A DNA stretch of 30,826 nt from Candidatus Hydromicrobium americanum (GCA_002779205.1 PEXF01000124.1:1-30826); one strand, 5' to 3'. Shown: positions 1 through 9,401, numbered from the stretch's first letter. Program-made: numbers and translations. Notes: generated by a model from the sequence alone, not told the origin.

Positions 1-82
1 GAAGAGTTTTAGTTTTATTTCAGCAGCTTTTTAAGATCTTTAAAGCGCGCGATACAGGCTGCCTTACTAAATATTTCTAAAG

Positions 83-187
83 TCAAGAACCCCAGCACTC
101 TACTTTTAAAGCCAGTTCTGCAGTTAACTCTTTATTTGCTATTCCTCTTATACCATCGGTGCCAAACAGATTCTTAAGATCTTTCAT
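83..187 (-). pseudogene. glmM: 5' fragment of phosphoglucosamine mutase, frame closed after 34 codons
   Basis: Hand translation from ATG at 187 gives MKDLKNLFGTDGIRGIANKELTAELALKV, containing the GlmM N-terminal FGTDGxRG motif, then ECWGS and TGA at 83-85. The other two frames also stop before position 1. The start lies 3 bp after the racemase stop with AAGG upstream. Position downstream of rplM-rpsI is the usual glmM neighbourhood. Confidence 0.8.
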
Positions 188-190
188 ACC

Positions 191-1231
191 TTATCCTTCT
201 ATATAACTCTTCTTAACAAAAGGAGAGGTCATGCAGGATAACAGACCAAAATAATCAAGATTAAAAGAAATTATACCGCCAGCTTCCAAATTTAAATAAC
301 CATCCCTGGATTTCTTAAATTTATCTTCTTCTATCCCTAAAATAGTATGGTCACTGCTTTGACCTATAATATATAAACCAGGACTACAGCAATAAATATT
401 CTTACTATCTACATCCTGGAGCCCTAAAGCTAAAATAACTTTATACACTTTATTATCTTTTTTCTTAACTTCTATTATCTCTGCTTCAAGAAGAAAGCAG
501 TCGGCAAAAGCTCCCTTAATAGGCTTATAATTTACCGTATCATGTCCCAGAAGTATAGCCTCCCCTATTCTCACCTGATTAATCCCCCCGGGAATTGTGC
601 CTTTTTCAATTAAATTCCAGACACTTGAGTTTCCGCCCGAAATAATAGGTATGCTCCTGCCAGTAACTTTCATAACCTCTTCCCACAAATCTTTAAGCAT
701 CTTTAAACTTTCTGGAGCAGGACCATTTTGGGTAACACATCTTGCATTAGTCCCCAGGCCATATAATTCAATAGATTTATAGTTATCTACAACCTGCCTG
801 CAAAAACCTACTACCTCTCCTGGAAGCAGTCCTTCTCTCTGGTCATCTGTTTCAACCATAACTATTATACGGTGTTTTATTTTTTTCTCCTGGCAGGTCT
901 CCGCTATTACTCTTACCACTTCCAGCTGGGTATTCAAGCTAATATCGCAAATTTCAACTAACTCGCTGGCTTCACTTGGCATAGGACTTCTAAGCATCAT
1001 AAGTTGCTGTCCCTTCCCATAAAAATTTCTTAATTTCCTGAGGTTTTCCAGCCGGCTATCTCCAAATATATTAACTCCGGACTTTTTCATTGCTGCTGCT
1101 ATTTTTATATCACCCAAAACGCACTTGGTAACACCAACAACCGATATACCCAGGTTAGCACACCAGCCATTAATAATCCTGCTATTATGGGAGATTTTCT
1201 CCAGATCTATTTTTAAACAAGGATAACTCAT
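191..1231 (-). CDS. PLP-dependent alanine/ornithine racemase family protein (Orr-like, fold type III)
   Basis: Motifs GVTK (PLP lysine), DSRLENL, LRxP, DxREG, GTNxxC, SGGNSS, RIGEAILLG, AEIIEVK, GxQDV, SSDH and MTSPFV match the ornithine racemase-like family. Substrate cannot be assigned from sequence. Confidence 0.8.
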   Translation of the reverse strand: MSYPCLKIDLEKISHNSRIINGWCANLGISVVGVTKCVLGDIKIAAAMKKSGVNIFGDSRLENLRKLRNFYGKGQQLMMLRSPMPSEASELVEICDISLNTQLEVVRVIAETCQEKKIKHRIIVMVETDDQREGLLPGEVVGFCRQVVDNYKSIELYGLGTNARCVTQNGPAPESLKMLKDLWEEVMKVTGRSIPIISGGNSSVWNLIEKGTIPGGINQVRIGEAILLGHDTVNYKPIKGAFADCFLLEAEIIEVKKKDNKVYKVILALGLQDVDSKNIYCCSPGLYIIGQSSDHTILGIEEDKFKKSRDGYLNLEAGGIISFNLDYFGLLSCMTSPFVKKSYIEG

Positions 1232-1244
1232 TAAGAAAAGATAA

Positions 1245-1640
1245 CTATCTTTTAGAAAACTGAGGCCTTTTCCTGGCTTTTTTGAGACCGTACTTTTTCC
1301 TCTCTTTAACCCTGGAATCCCGGGTTAAAAACCCCTCTCTTTTAAGTATTGGCCTGTATTCTTCATTAATTTCCAGCAGCGCTTTTGAAATACTATGACG
1401 TAATGCTCCTGCCTGCCCTGATATTCCACCTCCTGATAAATCTGCAATAATGTCATACGCATTTTCGGTATTGGTAAGTCTGAAAGGTTCCATAATAATA
1501 GTTATGAGAGACTCTCTTTTAAAATACTCTTTAAAGTCTCTTGAATTAACCATAATTTTTCCTTCTCCAGGAAATAATCTTACTCTGGCTATCGATTGCT
1601 TTCTCTTTCCCGTTGCACTATAGACTACCTGGTTTGCCAA
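1245..1640 (-). CDS. rpsI: 30S ribosomal protein S9
   Basis: [24 protein letters not shown] and C-terminal [12 protein letters not shown] start with AAGGAG SD. Confidence 0.99.
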   Translation of the reverse strand: MANQVVYSATGKRKQSIARVRLFPGEGKIMVNSRDFKEYFKRESLITIIMEPFRLTNTENAYDIIADLSGGGISGQAGALRHSISKALLEINEEYRPILKREGFLTRDSRVKERKKYGLKKARKRPQFSKR

Positions 1641-1654
1641 ATTAATTCTCCTTT

Positions 1655-2098
1655 TTATAAATCAATTTTTTCAGGTTTTTGCGCACTATGCGGATTATTT
1701 TCACCCTTATATATTTTTAATTTCTTTAGTATTTGCCTGCCCAGAATATTATGTGGTATCATTCCCTTTACTGCATTTCTTATAACAAACTCCGGCGATT
1801 TTTCCATCATTTTTCCCAGGTTGGTAACCTTTAGATTGCCCACATATCCGGAATGCCTGTAATATTTCTTACCTTCCAGCTTGTTCCCGGTAACCTTTAT
1901 CTTATCTGCATTTATAACAATCACAAAATCACCACAATCTAAATGCGGTGTAAAGGTCGGTTTATTCTTGCCTCTTAAAATCTTAGCTATTTCTGTACAT
2001 AACCGTCCCAGATTTTTATCCTTTGCATCAACAAGAAACCATTTTCTTTTAATTTCTTCTTTTTTTAAACTAAATGTTTTGAGCCCAACATTTACCAT
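1655..2098 (-). CDS. rplM: 50S ribosomal protein L13
   Basis: [31 protein letters not shown]. Start moved to ATG 2098, which follows GGAGGAGGAG (ORF track starts at 2116). Confidence 0.98.
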   Translation of the reverse strand: MVNVGLKTFSLKKEEIKRKWFLVDAKDKNLGRLCTEIAKILRGKNKPTFTPHLDCGDFVIVINADKIKVTGNKLEGKKYYRHSGYVGNLKVTNLGKMMEKSPEFVIRNAVKGMIPHNILGRQILKKLKIYKGENNPHSAQKPEKIDL

Positions 2099-2112
2099 AA
2101 CTCCTCCTCCAA

Positions 2113-2862
2113 TCACCTAAAATACTCGACTCCTGTAAGAAAAAGGCCCTTTGCGGGAATTATTTTCCCGGCCAACTTTCTGTCTCTTTTCATCAGAGCT
2201 TCACTTATGCTCCCCAGTTCTCTCTGGCCGCTCCCTATTTCAAGTACAGTTCCTATTATAATTCTAACCATATTATATAAAAAAGAATTTGCTGCTATTT
2301 TAAAAATTACTAAATCATCTTTAGATTTTTCTATTGTAAACCTTTTTATCTCCCTTACAGTGTTACTGCCCAGACAATCAGGATTACAAAAAGAAGCAAA
2401 ATCTTTTGCTCCTAAAAACATCCTGGCAGCTTTTCTCATTAACCTTATGTCTAGTTCTCTGGTTACAAGGATACTGTACTTTTTCAAAAAAACGCTCTGG
2501 TATTTTTCGTTTACTACAAAATAGCTATATTCTCTCAAGCGCGCATCCCTTCTGGCATCAAAAGAAGGGCTAACCTTTTCTATTTTTTTAATAACTATAT
2601 CATCCGGGAGTAAACTATTCACAGACCACAAAATTCTGTAAATATCTAAATCTTTGCCAGTTTTAAAATTTATTACCTGACAAGTGGCATGAACACCAGT
2701 ATCAGTTCTTCCAGCGCATTTAAAATCTACTTTTTCATTTAAAACTTTTGAAAGAACTGCCACCAGCTCTCCCTGAATAGTATTAGTTCCACCTGGCTGT
2801 ATTTGAAATCCGTTATAATTAGTTCCGTCATATTCCACTACAGCCATGTAGTTATTCATCAT
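2113..2862 (-). CDS. truA: tRNA pseudouridine(38-40) synthase TruA
   Basis: [10 protein letters not shown], catalytic [27 protein letters not shown]. Usual position after rplQ. Confidence 0.97.
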   Translation of the reverse strand: MMNNYMAVVEYDGTNYNGFQIQPGGTNTIQGELVAVLSKVLNEKVDFKCAGRTDTGVHATCQVINFKTGKDLDIYRILWSVNSLLPDDIVIKKIEKVSPSFDARRDARLREYSYFVVNEKYQSVFLKKYSILVTRELDIRLMRKAARMFLGAKDFASFCNPDCLGSNTVREIKRFTIEKSKDDLVIFKIAANSFLYNMVRIIIGTVLEIGSGQRELGSISEALMKRDRKLAGKIIPAKGLFLTGVEYFR

Positions 2863-2910
2863 CTTATGTCATATAATTTATAATTTTCAAAATAACATTA
2901 ATTTTTATTT

Positions 2911-3267
2911 TTATTTTACCAGAAGCTCCATTATTACCAATTGAGCTCCATCTCCAGGTCTGTTTTTATACTTAACAATCCTGGTAAATCCGCTGGATCT
3001 CTGATACATTCCTGGAGCTATTTCATTAAATAATTTCTGTACTGCTTCAGTATTACCCAGTAGTCTAATACAATTTCTTCTAGCTGCCAGGTTATCCTTT
3101 TTAGCTATGGTTATTAATTTATCCACAAAACTTCTTACATACTTAGCTTTTGCCACCGTAGTTTTAATCTTTCCATTTTTAAATAATGAAATGGCTAAAT
3201 TTCTCATAATTGCTTTTTGGATACTGCTGCTCCCGCCGAGTCTCCTACCTTTTTTAGGTATTACCAT
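2911..3267 (-). CDS. rplQ: 50S ribosomal protein L17
   Basis: KTTVAKAK, KLIT, GFTRI, RPGDGA. The N-terminus PKKGRRLGGSS resembles actinobacterial L17. Confidence 0.98.
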   Translation of the reverse strand: MVIPKKGRRLGGSSSIQKAIMRNLAISLFKNGKIKTTVAKAKYVRSFVDKLITIAKKDNLAARRNCIRLLGNTEAVQKLFNEIAPGMYQRSSGFTRIVKYKNRPGDGAQLVIMELLVK

Positions 3268-3286
3268 ATTCTACTTCTCCCGCTCA

Positions 3287-4222
3287 CTATTTTTGCTTAA
3301 AGGATAATCCCAGTTCTTTTATTTTATCTTTTACTTCCTGAATAGATTTCTGTCCAAAATTTCTAATATCAAGAAGCTCATCCTCACTATATTCCAGTAA
3401 CTTTTCTACGGAATCAATTCCTTCCCTCTTAAGACAATTATATGCTCTTACTGAAAGTTCTAATTCTTCTATAGAAGGATATTCTTGTTTTTTGTCTTCC
3501 TCTTCAATTTCTTCAAATATAGGTTCGTCTTTACTTTCTTTGTCGGATAAATCTATTAGAAGCGCCATATAATCATTAATAATTTTAGATGCCTGGCTTA
3601 AAACATCTTCCGGTTTAACGCTGCCATTAGTTTTTATATTTATAGAAAGCCTATCAAAGTTAGTCATTTGACCAACTCTTGTATTTTCAACTTTAAACCG
3701 AACCAATCTTACCGGTGAAAATATAGTATCAATAGGTATTACTCCAAGAGGTTCTCCCTCTACGACATTTTCTTCTGCATTTTTATATCCTTTATTTTTT
3801 TCAATCCTTATCTCTGCATTTAGTTTCCCTTTTTTGGTCAGGGTGCAAATATATGCATCCGGATTTACTATCTCCACATCAGAAGATAGTTTTATAGCTG
3901 AAGCCTTTACGGTTCCAGGGCCTTTCTTTTCAAGTTTCAACAATACCGGCCCATCACTTTCCATTCTAAAAACAACTCCTTTAAGATTAGTGATGAATTC
4001 TATCATATCTTCTTTCATTCCATCTAAAGTTGAAAATTCATGCATGATGTCTTCAACCCTGATCCTTGTAATCCCCACTCCTTCTATAGATGAAAGTAGA
4101 ACTCTCCTAATCGAATTACCTAAAGTGTGCCCAAAACCTCTTTCTAATGGCTCAATAATAAACTCACCAGAAAAATCATCTTTATGCTTAATGCTCACAT
4201 TGGGTTTATGCATTTTTAGCAA
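3287..4222 (-). CDS. rpoA: RNA polymerase alpha subunit
   Basis: EPLERGFGHTLGNSIRRVLLSS, HEFST, alpha-CTD IEELELSVRAYNCLKR and NFGQKS. TTG start with AGGAGGT SD. Confidence 0.99.
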   Translation of the reverse strand: MLKMHKPNVSIKHKDDFSGEFIIEPLERGFGHTLGNSIRRVLLSSIEGVGITRIRVEDIMHEFSTLDGMKEDMIEFITNLKGVVFRMESDGPVLLKLEKKGPGTVKASAIKLSSDVEIVNPDAYICTLTKKGKLNAEIRIEKNKGYKNAEENVVEGEPLGVIPIDTIFSPVRLVRFKVENTRVGQMTNFDRLSINIKTNGSVKPEDVLSQASKIINDYMALLIDLSDKESKDEPIFEEIEEEDKKQEYPSIEELELSVRAYNCLKREGIDSVEKLLEYSEDELLDIRNFGQKSIQEVKDKIKELGLSFKQK

Positions 4223-4269
4223 TTTATATCTACCTCCTAAAGAAAAGAATATTCAAATGAATATTTAAA

Positions 4270-4896
4270 CTACTTAGAATAAAGCTCTACTATTATTTGT
4301 TCATTAATAGGAACTTTTATTTCATCCCGCTCAGGATATCTTACGAGCTTTCCTTTAAGATTATCCAGATCAACTTCTAACCATCCGGGCATGGTTAGAC
4401 TTCCTCCGCTTTCTTTTGCCTCCATTATTGGAATTATTTCCTTACTGGACTCGGCAACGCTTATTTCCTGTCCTTCTTTTAACTGATATGAAGGTTTATC
4501 AACTTTCCTGCCATTAACTTGAATATGCCCGTGGCTAATTAACTGCCTGGCCTGAACTCTGGATGCAGCAAAACTCATAATATAAACAATATTATCAAGC
4601 CTGGTCTCCAGTAACTGGAGTAATATTTCTCCAGTAACTCCTTTTCTCTTCACTGCTTTTTTGTAATAATTTCTAAATTGCCTCTCCCATACCCCGTAAT
4701 ATCTCTTAGCTTTTTGTTTTTCTCTTAACTGTGCGTAATACTCAGTTTCCATAAGTCTTCTCTTAGCTCTCTGGCCAGGAACGTAAGGCTTTTTTTCCAA
4801 TACACACTTATCAGAAAAACATCTCTGTCCTTTTAAAAATAACTTTTCTCTTTCTCTCCTGCACTGCTTGCAGGCAGGCCCTTTAGCTACTGCCAT
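4270..4896 (-). CDS. rpsD: 30S ribosomal protein S4 (zinc-type, CxxC...C...C)
   Basis: CKQCRRE, QLREKQKAK, LETRLDNIVY, ARQLISHGHIQVNG, IVELYSK. Confidence 0.99.
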   Translation of the reverse strand: MAVAKGPACKQCRREREKLFLKGQRCFSDKCVLEKKPYVPGQRAKRRLMETEYYAQLREKQKAKRYYGVWERQFRNYYKKAVKRKGVTGEILLQLLETRLDNIVYIMSFAASRVQARQLISHGHIQVNGRKVDKPSYQLKEGQEISVAESSKEIIPIMEAKESGGSLTMPGWLEVDLDNLKGKLVRYPERDEIKVPINEQIIVELYSK

Positions 4897-4924
4897 TTAT
4901 TATAACTCCTTGTTTTAAACTTTT

Positions 4925-5323
4925 TTAAACTCTTCTCCTCTTAGGTGGCCTGCAGCCGTTATGAGGTACCGGCGTTACATCAATTACATTACCAATTTCC
5001 AGTCCAGCTGCCTGAAGAGACCTTACAGCAGTTTCCCTGCCAGACCCCACACCCTTAACTCTCACATCTACTTTAGTAACTCCATGCTCCTGAGCATTTC
5101 TAGCTACTGCAGTTGCAGTTATCTGAGCAGCAAACGGAGTACTTTTTCTGGAACCTTTAAAACCTTGTCCTCCAGCACTACCCCAGGCAATAGTATTACC
5201 ATTCAAGTCAGTTATATTCACAATAGTATTATTAAAAGTAGACTGAATATGGGCAATCCCGTAAGGTATATTTTTTCTTTCTTTACTTTTTACTCTTCTT
5301 TTACTGGTAGTTTTTTTAGCCAA
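4925..5323 (-). CDS. rpsK: 30S ribosomal protein S11
   Basis: [46 protein letters not shown] start with AGGAGGT SD. Confidence 0.99.
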   Translation of the reverse strand: MAKKTTSKRRVKSKERKNIPYGIAHIQSTFNNTIVNITDLNGNTIAWGSAGGQGFKGSRKSTPFAAQITATAVARNAQEHGVTKVDVRVKGVGSGRETAVRSLQAAGLEIGNVIDVTPVPHNGCRPPKRRRV

Positions 5324-5344
5324 ATTTACCTCCTGAAATTTTTA

Positions 5345-5719
5345 TTATGACTGACTTTTCCTTATACCAACACTTCTTCTCTTACCTTTCCTGGTCCTGG
5401 CATTTGTGTGAGTCCTCTGACCTCTAACCGGCAATCCTCTTTTATGCCTGATGCCCCTGTAAGAGTTTATCTCGATCAGTCTTTTTATATTCTGGCTTAC
5501 TTCTCTTCTAAGATCTCCCTCAATAGTGTAGTTATTTTCTATATATTCTCTTATCTTAACTAGTTCATCTTCACTGAGATCTTTAGCCTTTATACTTTTA
5601 TTAATATTTAATTTATCCAGCATTGCTTCTGCCGCTGACCTGCCAATGCCAAAAATGTAAGTCAGAGCTATGCAAATGTGCTTATCATTTTGTATATCAA
5701 CACCTGAAATTCTTACCAA
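5345..5719 (-). CDS. rpsM: 30S ribosomal protein S13
   Basis: [52 protein letters not shown] start with AAGGAGGT SD. Confidence 0.99.
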   Translation of the reverse strand: MVRISGVDIQNDKHICIALTYIFGIGRSAAEAMLDKLNINKSIKAKDLSEDELVKIREYIENNYTIEGDLRREVSQNIKRLIEINSYRGIRHKRGLPVRGQRTHTNARTRKGKRRSVGIRKSQS

Positions 5720-5731
5720 CTGGAAACCTCC

Positions 5732-5845
5732 TTAACCCTGCCTCTGCTTATGACGGGGATTTTTACAAATAATAATAACTTTTCCTTCTCTTTTTATAAC
5801 CTTACAGCTTTTACATATTTTTTTAACTGATGGTTTAACTTTCAT
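5732..5845 (-). CDS. rpmJ: 50S ribosomal protein L36 (zinc-type)
   Basis: Not in the ORF track. Hand translation gives [37 protein letters not shown] (37 aa), ATG at 5845, TAA at 5732-5734. Confidence 0.98.
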   Translation of the reverse strand: MKVKPSVKKICKSCKVIKREGKVIIICKNPRHKQRQG

Positions 5846-5912
5846 TCTTATTCCTTCTTTCCGTCATCTTCTTTCCATCATTTAAACCTTAAAATATAAA
5901 TTTTAAATATAA

Positions 5913-6134
5913 TTACTTTTTTCTAAAAGTAATTCTTCCTCTATTTAAATCATAAGGTGATATTTCGACTTTAACTTTATCACCAGGTAAAATTTTTATA
6001 TAATGCATTCTCATTTTACCTGAAATATGCGCCAATACCTTATGACCATTATCAAGCTCTACCCTGAACATGGCATTAGGAAGTGCTTCTAAAATGGTTC
6101 CCTCGGCTTCTATTATGCCTTCTTTTTTAGAAAT
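5913..6134 (-). CDS. infA: Translation initiation factor IF-1 (probable ATT start)
   Basis: Not in the ORF track. Hand translation gives (I/M)[72 protein letters not shown] (73 aa). An in-frame TAG lies six codons upstream with no ATG/GTG/TTG between it and the ATT. Confidence 0.96.
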   Translation of the reverse strand: MSKKEGIIEAEGTILEALPNAMFRVELDNGHKVLAHISGKMRMHYIKILPGDKVKVEISPYDLNRGRITFRKK

Positions 6135-6184
6135 CTTTAAACCCCCGTGCTAATATTTTCAATTTAAAAATAACGCAAATACGT

Positions 6185-6213
6185 AGGTTATCAAAAAACT
6201 TTTAGTATGTCCA
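6185..6213 (-). promoter_or_regulatory. Putative sigma-70/SigA promoter for infA-rpmJ-alpha operon
   Basis: TGGACA (6213-6208), 17-bp spacer ending in TGA, TAACCT (6190-6185), in the map-infA intergenic gap. Confidence 0.6.
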
Positions 6214-6232
6214 CAATATTTTACTACTGCTA

Positions 6233-6997
6233 TTAAATTCTGGTTAATATCGAAGGACCATTTTCCAATACCGCTACCGTATCCTCAAAGTGACAGGAAA
6301 GTTTCCTGTCCCTCGTCACAACAGTCCACAGGTCACTTAATATTTCAACATCACTACTGCCCTGATTAAACATAGGCTCTATGGCTAAAACCATACCCTG
6401 CTTTAGAACCGGTCCCTGTCCAGGAGGCCCGTAGTTTAATATCTGGGGGTCCTCATGCATTTCTCTGCCAATTCCATGACCTACAAAATCTTTAACCACT
6501 GAAAAACCATCTATTATGGCTCTGTTTTCAATTACATTTGAGATATCTGATAGTCTGTTTCCAACAACGCACAGCTCTATACTTTTATCAAGTGCCTCTT
6601 TGGTAGCATTCCATAGCCTTTCAGCAATCTTACTTACATTTCCAACTTTATAAGTCCGTGTAGCATCTCCATAAAAGCCATTTATTTTAACTCCAATATC
6701 TATAGAGACCAGTTCTCCGTCCTTTATAACTCTCCTGCCTGGAATACCATGAACCACTTGTTCATCAATTGATATACAGACACTATTGGGAAAGGGTTTT
6801 TTGCCAACCTTCCCTACATAACCTTTAAAAGCAGGAACAGCCTTTTCACCGGTTATAACCTCTTCGGCAATCTTGTCTATATAACCAGTAGTGATACCAG
6901 GCTTTATAATTTCTTCTATTTTCAAAAAAACTTTAGCTACAATCCTGCCAGCCTCCCGCATTAATCTGATTTCATTTGCCGATTTGCATATTATCAT
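6233..6997 (-). CDS. map: Methionine aminopeptidase type I
   Basis: VVHGIP, DIGV, GDATRT, GHGIGREMHEDP, AIEPM, HFEDTV. ATGA overlap with adk. Confidence 0.98.
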   Translation of the reverse strand: MIICKSANEIRLMREAGRIVAKVFLKIEEIIKPGITTGYIDKIAEEVITGEKAVPAFKGYVGKVGKKPFPNSVCISIDEQVVHGIPGRRVIKDGELVSIDIGVKINGFYGDATRTYKVGNVSKIAERLWNATKEALDKSIELCVVGNRLSDISNVIENRAIIDGFSVVKDFVGHGIGREMHEDPQILNYGPPGQGPVLKQGMVLAIEPMFNQGSSDVEILSDLWTVVTRDRKLSCHFEDTVAVLENGPSILTRI

Positions 6998-7629
6998 AGA
7001 AATTTTAATATCCTCTCGGTTATTTCTTTCTCTTCTCCAGAACCATCGATATTTACCAGCAGTCCTTTATCAGTATAAAAATTAATAAGTGGTCTGGTTT
7101 CAGATTCGTACACTTCCAGCCTGTGCTTAATAACCTCCACATCATCATCTTTTCTTTTTATTAAATCTCCTCCACATTCTGGACACTTTATAAAGTTTTC
7201 ATTGTTATTATTAATACTGAATACACTTTTACACACATTGCAGGTCCTTCTCTTGCCGAGTCTGCTAATAATCTCATCTTTATCAACAACTATATTTATT
7301 ACTTTATCCAACTTTATCCCCAGATGGTCCAGTGTACTTGAAAACATTTTTGCCTGCTTTAAATTCCGCGGAAATCCATCCATTAAAAATCCATTTTCTG
7401 ACCTACTTTTTCTTATCATATTCTTTATTATTTCAATTATTATTTCGTCTGGAACTAATTTTCCGCTCTCAACAAATTTAACTGCCTTTTTTCCTAACTC
7501 AGACCCTTTATTTATTTCATTTCTTAAAATATCTCCCGTCGAAATATGTGGTATATTAAATTTATTAGAAATTACTTTTGCCTGAGTCCCCTTTCCCGCA
7601 CCCGGAGCTCCAATTAAAACTATCCTCAT
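6994..7629 (-). CDS. adk: Adenylate kinase (four-Cys zinc lid)
   Basis: P-loop GAPGAGKGTQA, HISTGDILR, DGFPR, lid CNVC...CPEC. ATGA overlap with secY. Confidence 0.99.
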   Translation of the reverse strand: MRIVLIGAPGAGKGTQAKVISNKFNIPHISTGDILRNEINKGSELGKKAVKFVESGKLVPDEIIIEIIKNMIRKSRSENGFLMDGFPRNLKQAKMFSSTLDHLGIKLDKVINIVVDKDEIISRLGKRRTCNVCKSVFSINNNNENFIKCPECGGDLIKRKDDDVEVIKHRLEVYESETRPLINFYTDKGLLVNIDGSGEEKEITERILKFL

Positions 7630-8888
7630 TTTAGAAACCCCTCGTAATCCCTCATAGTAAGCTGAGACTCAAGTTGTCTCATAGTATCTAAAGCAACACT
7701 TACAGCAATAAGTATAGATGTTCCGCCAAATCTAAAAGGTATTCCCATATAGTTAATCAATACCTCAGGAAGAAGAGCAATTATTGCTAAAAATATAGCA
7801 CCTGGTAATGTTATCCTGTTTAAAATATTTGTTAAGTAATCTGCTGTATTTTTTCCAGGTCGTAGTCCTGGTATAAATCCCCCGTACCTTCTCAGATTAT
7901 CTGCGGTGTCCAGAGGATTAAAAGTAATAGCGGTATAAAAGTAAGCAAATATAATAATAAGAATAGTATAAGTAATGGCATAAATTGGATTGATTCTTCC
8001 CTGTATAGTTGGACTTAACACATTAGCAAAGGATTGTACCCACCTGTTGGGAATAAATTGTGCAATTGTTGCAGGAAAAAGCATAACTGATATAGCCAGA
8101 ATTATGGGCATTACTCCAGATGAATTAACTTTGAGTGGTATGTAAGTACTTTGTCCGCCAAAAACTTTTCTTCCTACAATTCGTTTTGCATACTGAACAG
8201 GTATTTTTCTCTCACCTTGCTGGATAAGTATTACAGCTATAATTATACCAATAGATAAAATTGCAAAAAGGGCTAAAAAGAAGTAATTCGTACCCCGCAG
8301 TCTGAATAGACTTATAAACTCCCCTGGTATTCTGGAAATAATACTGGCAAATATCAAAAGTGAAATTCCATTTCCTATTCCATGAATATTTATCAATTCA
8401 CCTAACCACATTATAAGGATGGTTCCAGCAACTAATGTAATAATAATCAAGGTAACATGCATAAAGTCAAAATTAGGTATGGCGCCAAAATTTCTAAAGA
8501 AAAAAACCATTGCAGTAGATTGCACCAGAGCCAGCCCTACGGTCATATATCTCGCTATTTGATTTACTTTTCTCCTGCCGGTTTCTCCTTCCTTTGCCAG
8601 CTGCTCCAGCCTGGGAATTACCACTTGAAGAAGCTGCATTACAATAGAGGCAGTTATGTAAGGCATAATACCCAGAGAAAATACTGCAAATTTTCCCAGC
8701 GCTCCTCCTGAAAATAAATCCATCATACCCATTACCCCGGTTTCAACCTGTTCCAGGATTTTGGTTGCATCTACTCCCGGTATAGTAATATTAGCTCCAA
8801 ATCTATAAATGGCTAAAATACCAATAGTGAATAATATTCTGTTTCTTACTTCTTTAATTCTAAAGGCATTTATAATAGCCCGGAACAT
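7626..8888 (-). CDS. secY: Preprotein translocase subunit SecY
   Basis: FSLGIMPYITASI, WLGELI, GIGNGISL, GGFIPGLRPG, FGGTSILI and multiple hydrophobic helices. Confidence 0.99.
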   Translation of the reverse strand: MFRAIINAFRIKEVRNRILFTIGILAIYRFGANITIPGVDATKILEQVETGVMGMMDLFSGGALGKFAVFSLGIMPYITASIVMQLLQVVIPRLEQLAKEGETGRRKVNQIARYMTVGLALVQSTAMVFFFRNFGAIPNFDFMHVTLIIITLVAGTILIMWLGELINIHGIGNGISLLIFASIISRIPGEFISLFRLRGTNYFFLALFAILSIGIIIAVILIQQGERKIPVQYAKRIVGRKVFGGQSTYIPLKVNSSGVMPIILAISVMLFPATIAQFIPNRWVQSFANVLSPTIQGRINPIYAITYTILIIIFAYFYTAITFNPLDTADNLRRYGGFIPGLRPGKNTADYLTNILNRITLPGAIFLAIIALLPEVLINYMGIPFRFGGTSILIAVSVALDTMRQLESQLTMRDYEGFLK

Positions 8889-9328
8889 TAAATCTCCTCT
8901 ACTTTTCCACCCGCTTTTTCAATTTTAGCTGCAGCGCTCCTGCTGAAATAATTGGCTTTGACAGTTATTTTTTTAGTAAGCTTGCCATTACCCAATATTT
9001 TTACAGGATTTGACTTTTTCATAATAAGGCCATTCTTTTCTAAAAAATCATAGTCAACAACACTATCATCTTTGAACTTTTCTAACTGCCACACATTAAT
9101 TATATTATTTATTTTCTTCCTGGTATTTTTAAAACCTTTAAGATGCGGTAATCTCCTTTGTAGAGGCATCTGTCCGCCTTCAAAACCCAGCCTGGACTTA
9201 CCGCCCGAACGCGATAGCTGTCCTTTGGTGCCCCTTCCGCTGGTAGTTCCATGTCCGGAACTGTTCCCTCTACCTACTCTTTTCCTTTTCTTTATAGACT
9301 CAGGAGATCTTAAGTCACAAAGCTTCAC
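8888..9328 (-). CDS. rplO: 50S ribosomal protein L15
   Basis: RVGRGNSSGHGTTSGRGTKGQ, GFEGGQMPL, KILGNG. GTG start with AAGGAG SD. Confidence 0.99.
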   Translation of the reverse strand: MKLCDLRSPESIKKRKRVGRGNSSGHGTTSGRGTKGQLSRSGGKSRLGFEGGQMPLQRRLPHLKGFKNTRKKINNIINVWQLEKFKDDSVVDYDFLEKNGLIMKKSNPVKILGNGKLTKKITVKANYFSRSAAAKIEKAGGKVEEI

Positions 9329-9401
9329 TATTTTCTCCTTCCAATATTATCCAAACCCATAATATTAATTAACTTCCGGTTCTTCTATCTTCCGCATACC
9401 C

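Noticed and set aside
3-80. Open plus-strand frame RVLVLFQQLFKIFKARDTGCLTKYF* as the end of a convergent gene or inverted glmM piece
   Set aside because: It is only 25 codons at the window edge, and the RDT similarity to GlmM GRDT is too weak to support.
9330-9362. Mini-ORF MGLDNIGRRK in the rpsE-rplO gap as an L30 relic
   Set aside because: The IGR match is produced by the rplO Shine-Dalgarno sequence (GGAAGGAG), and ten residues are too few to support homology.
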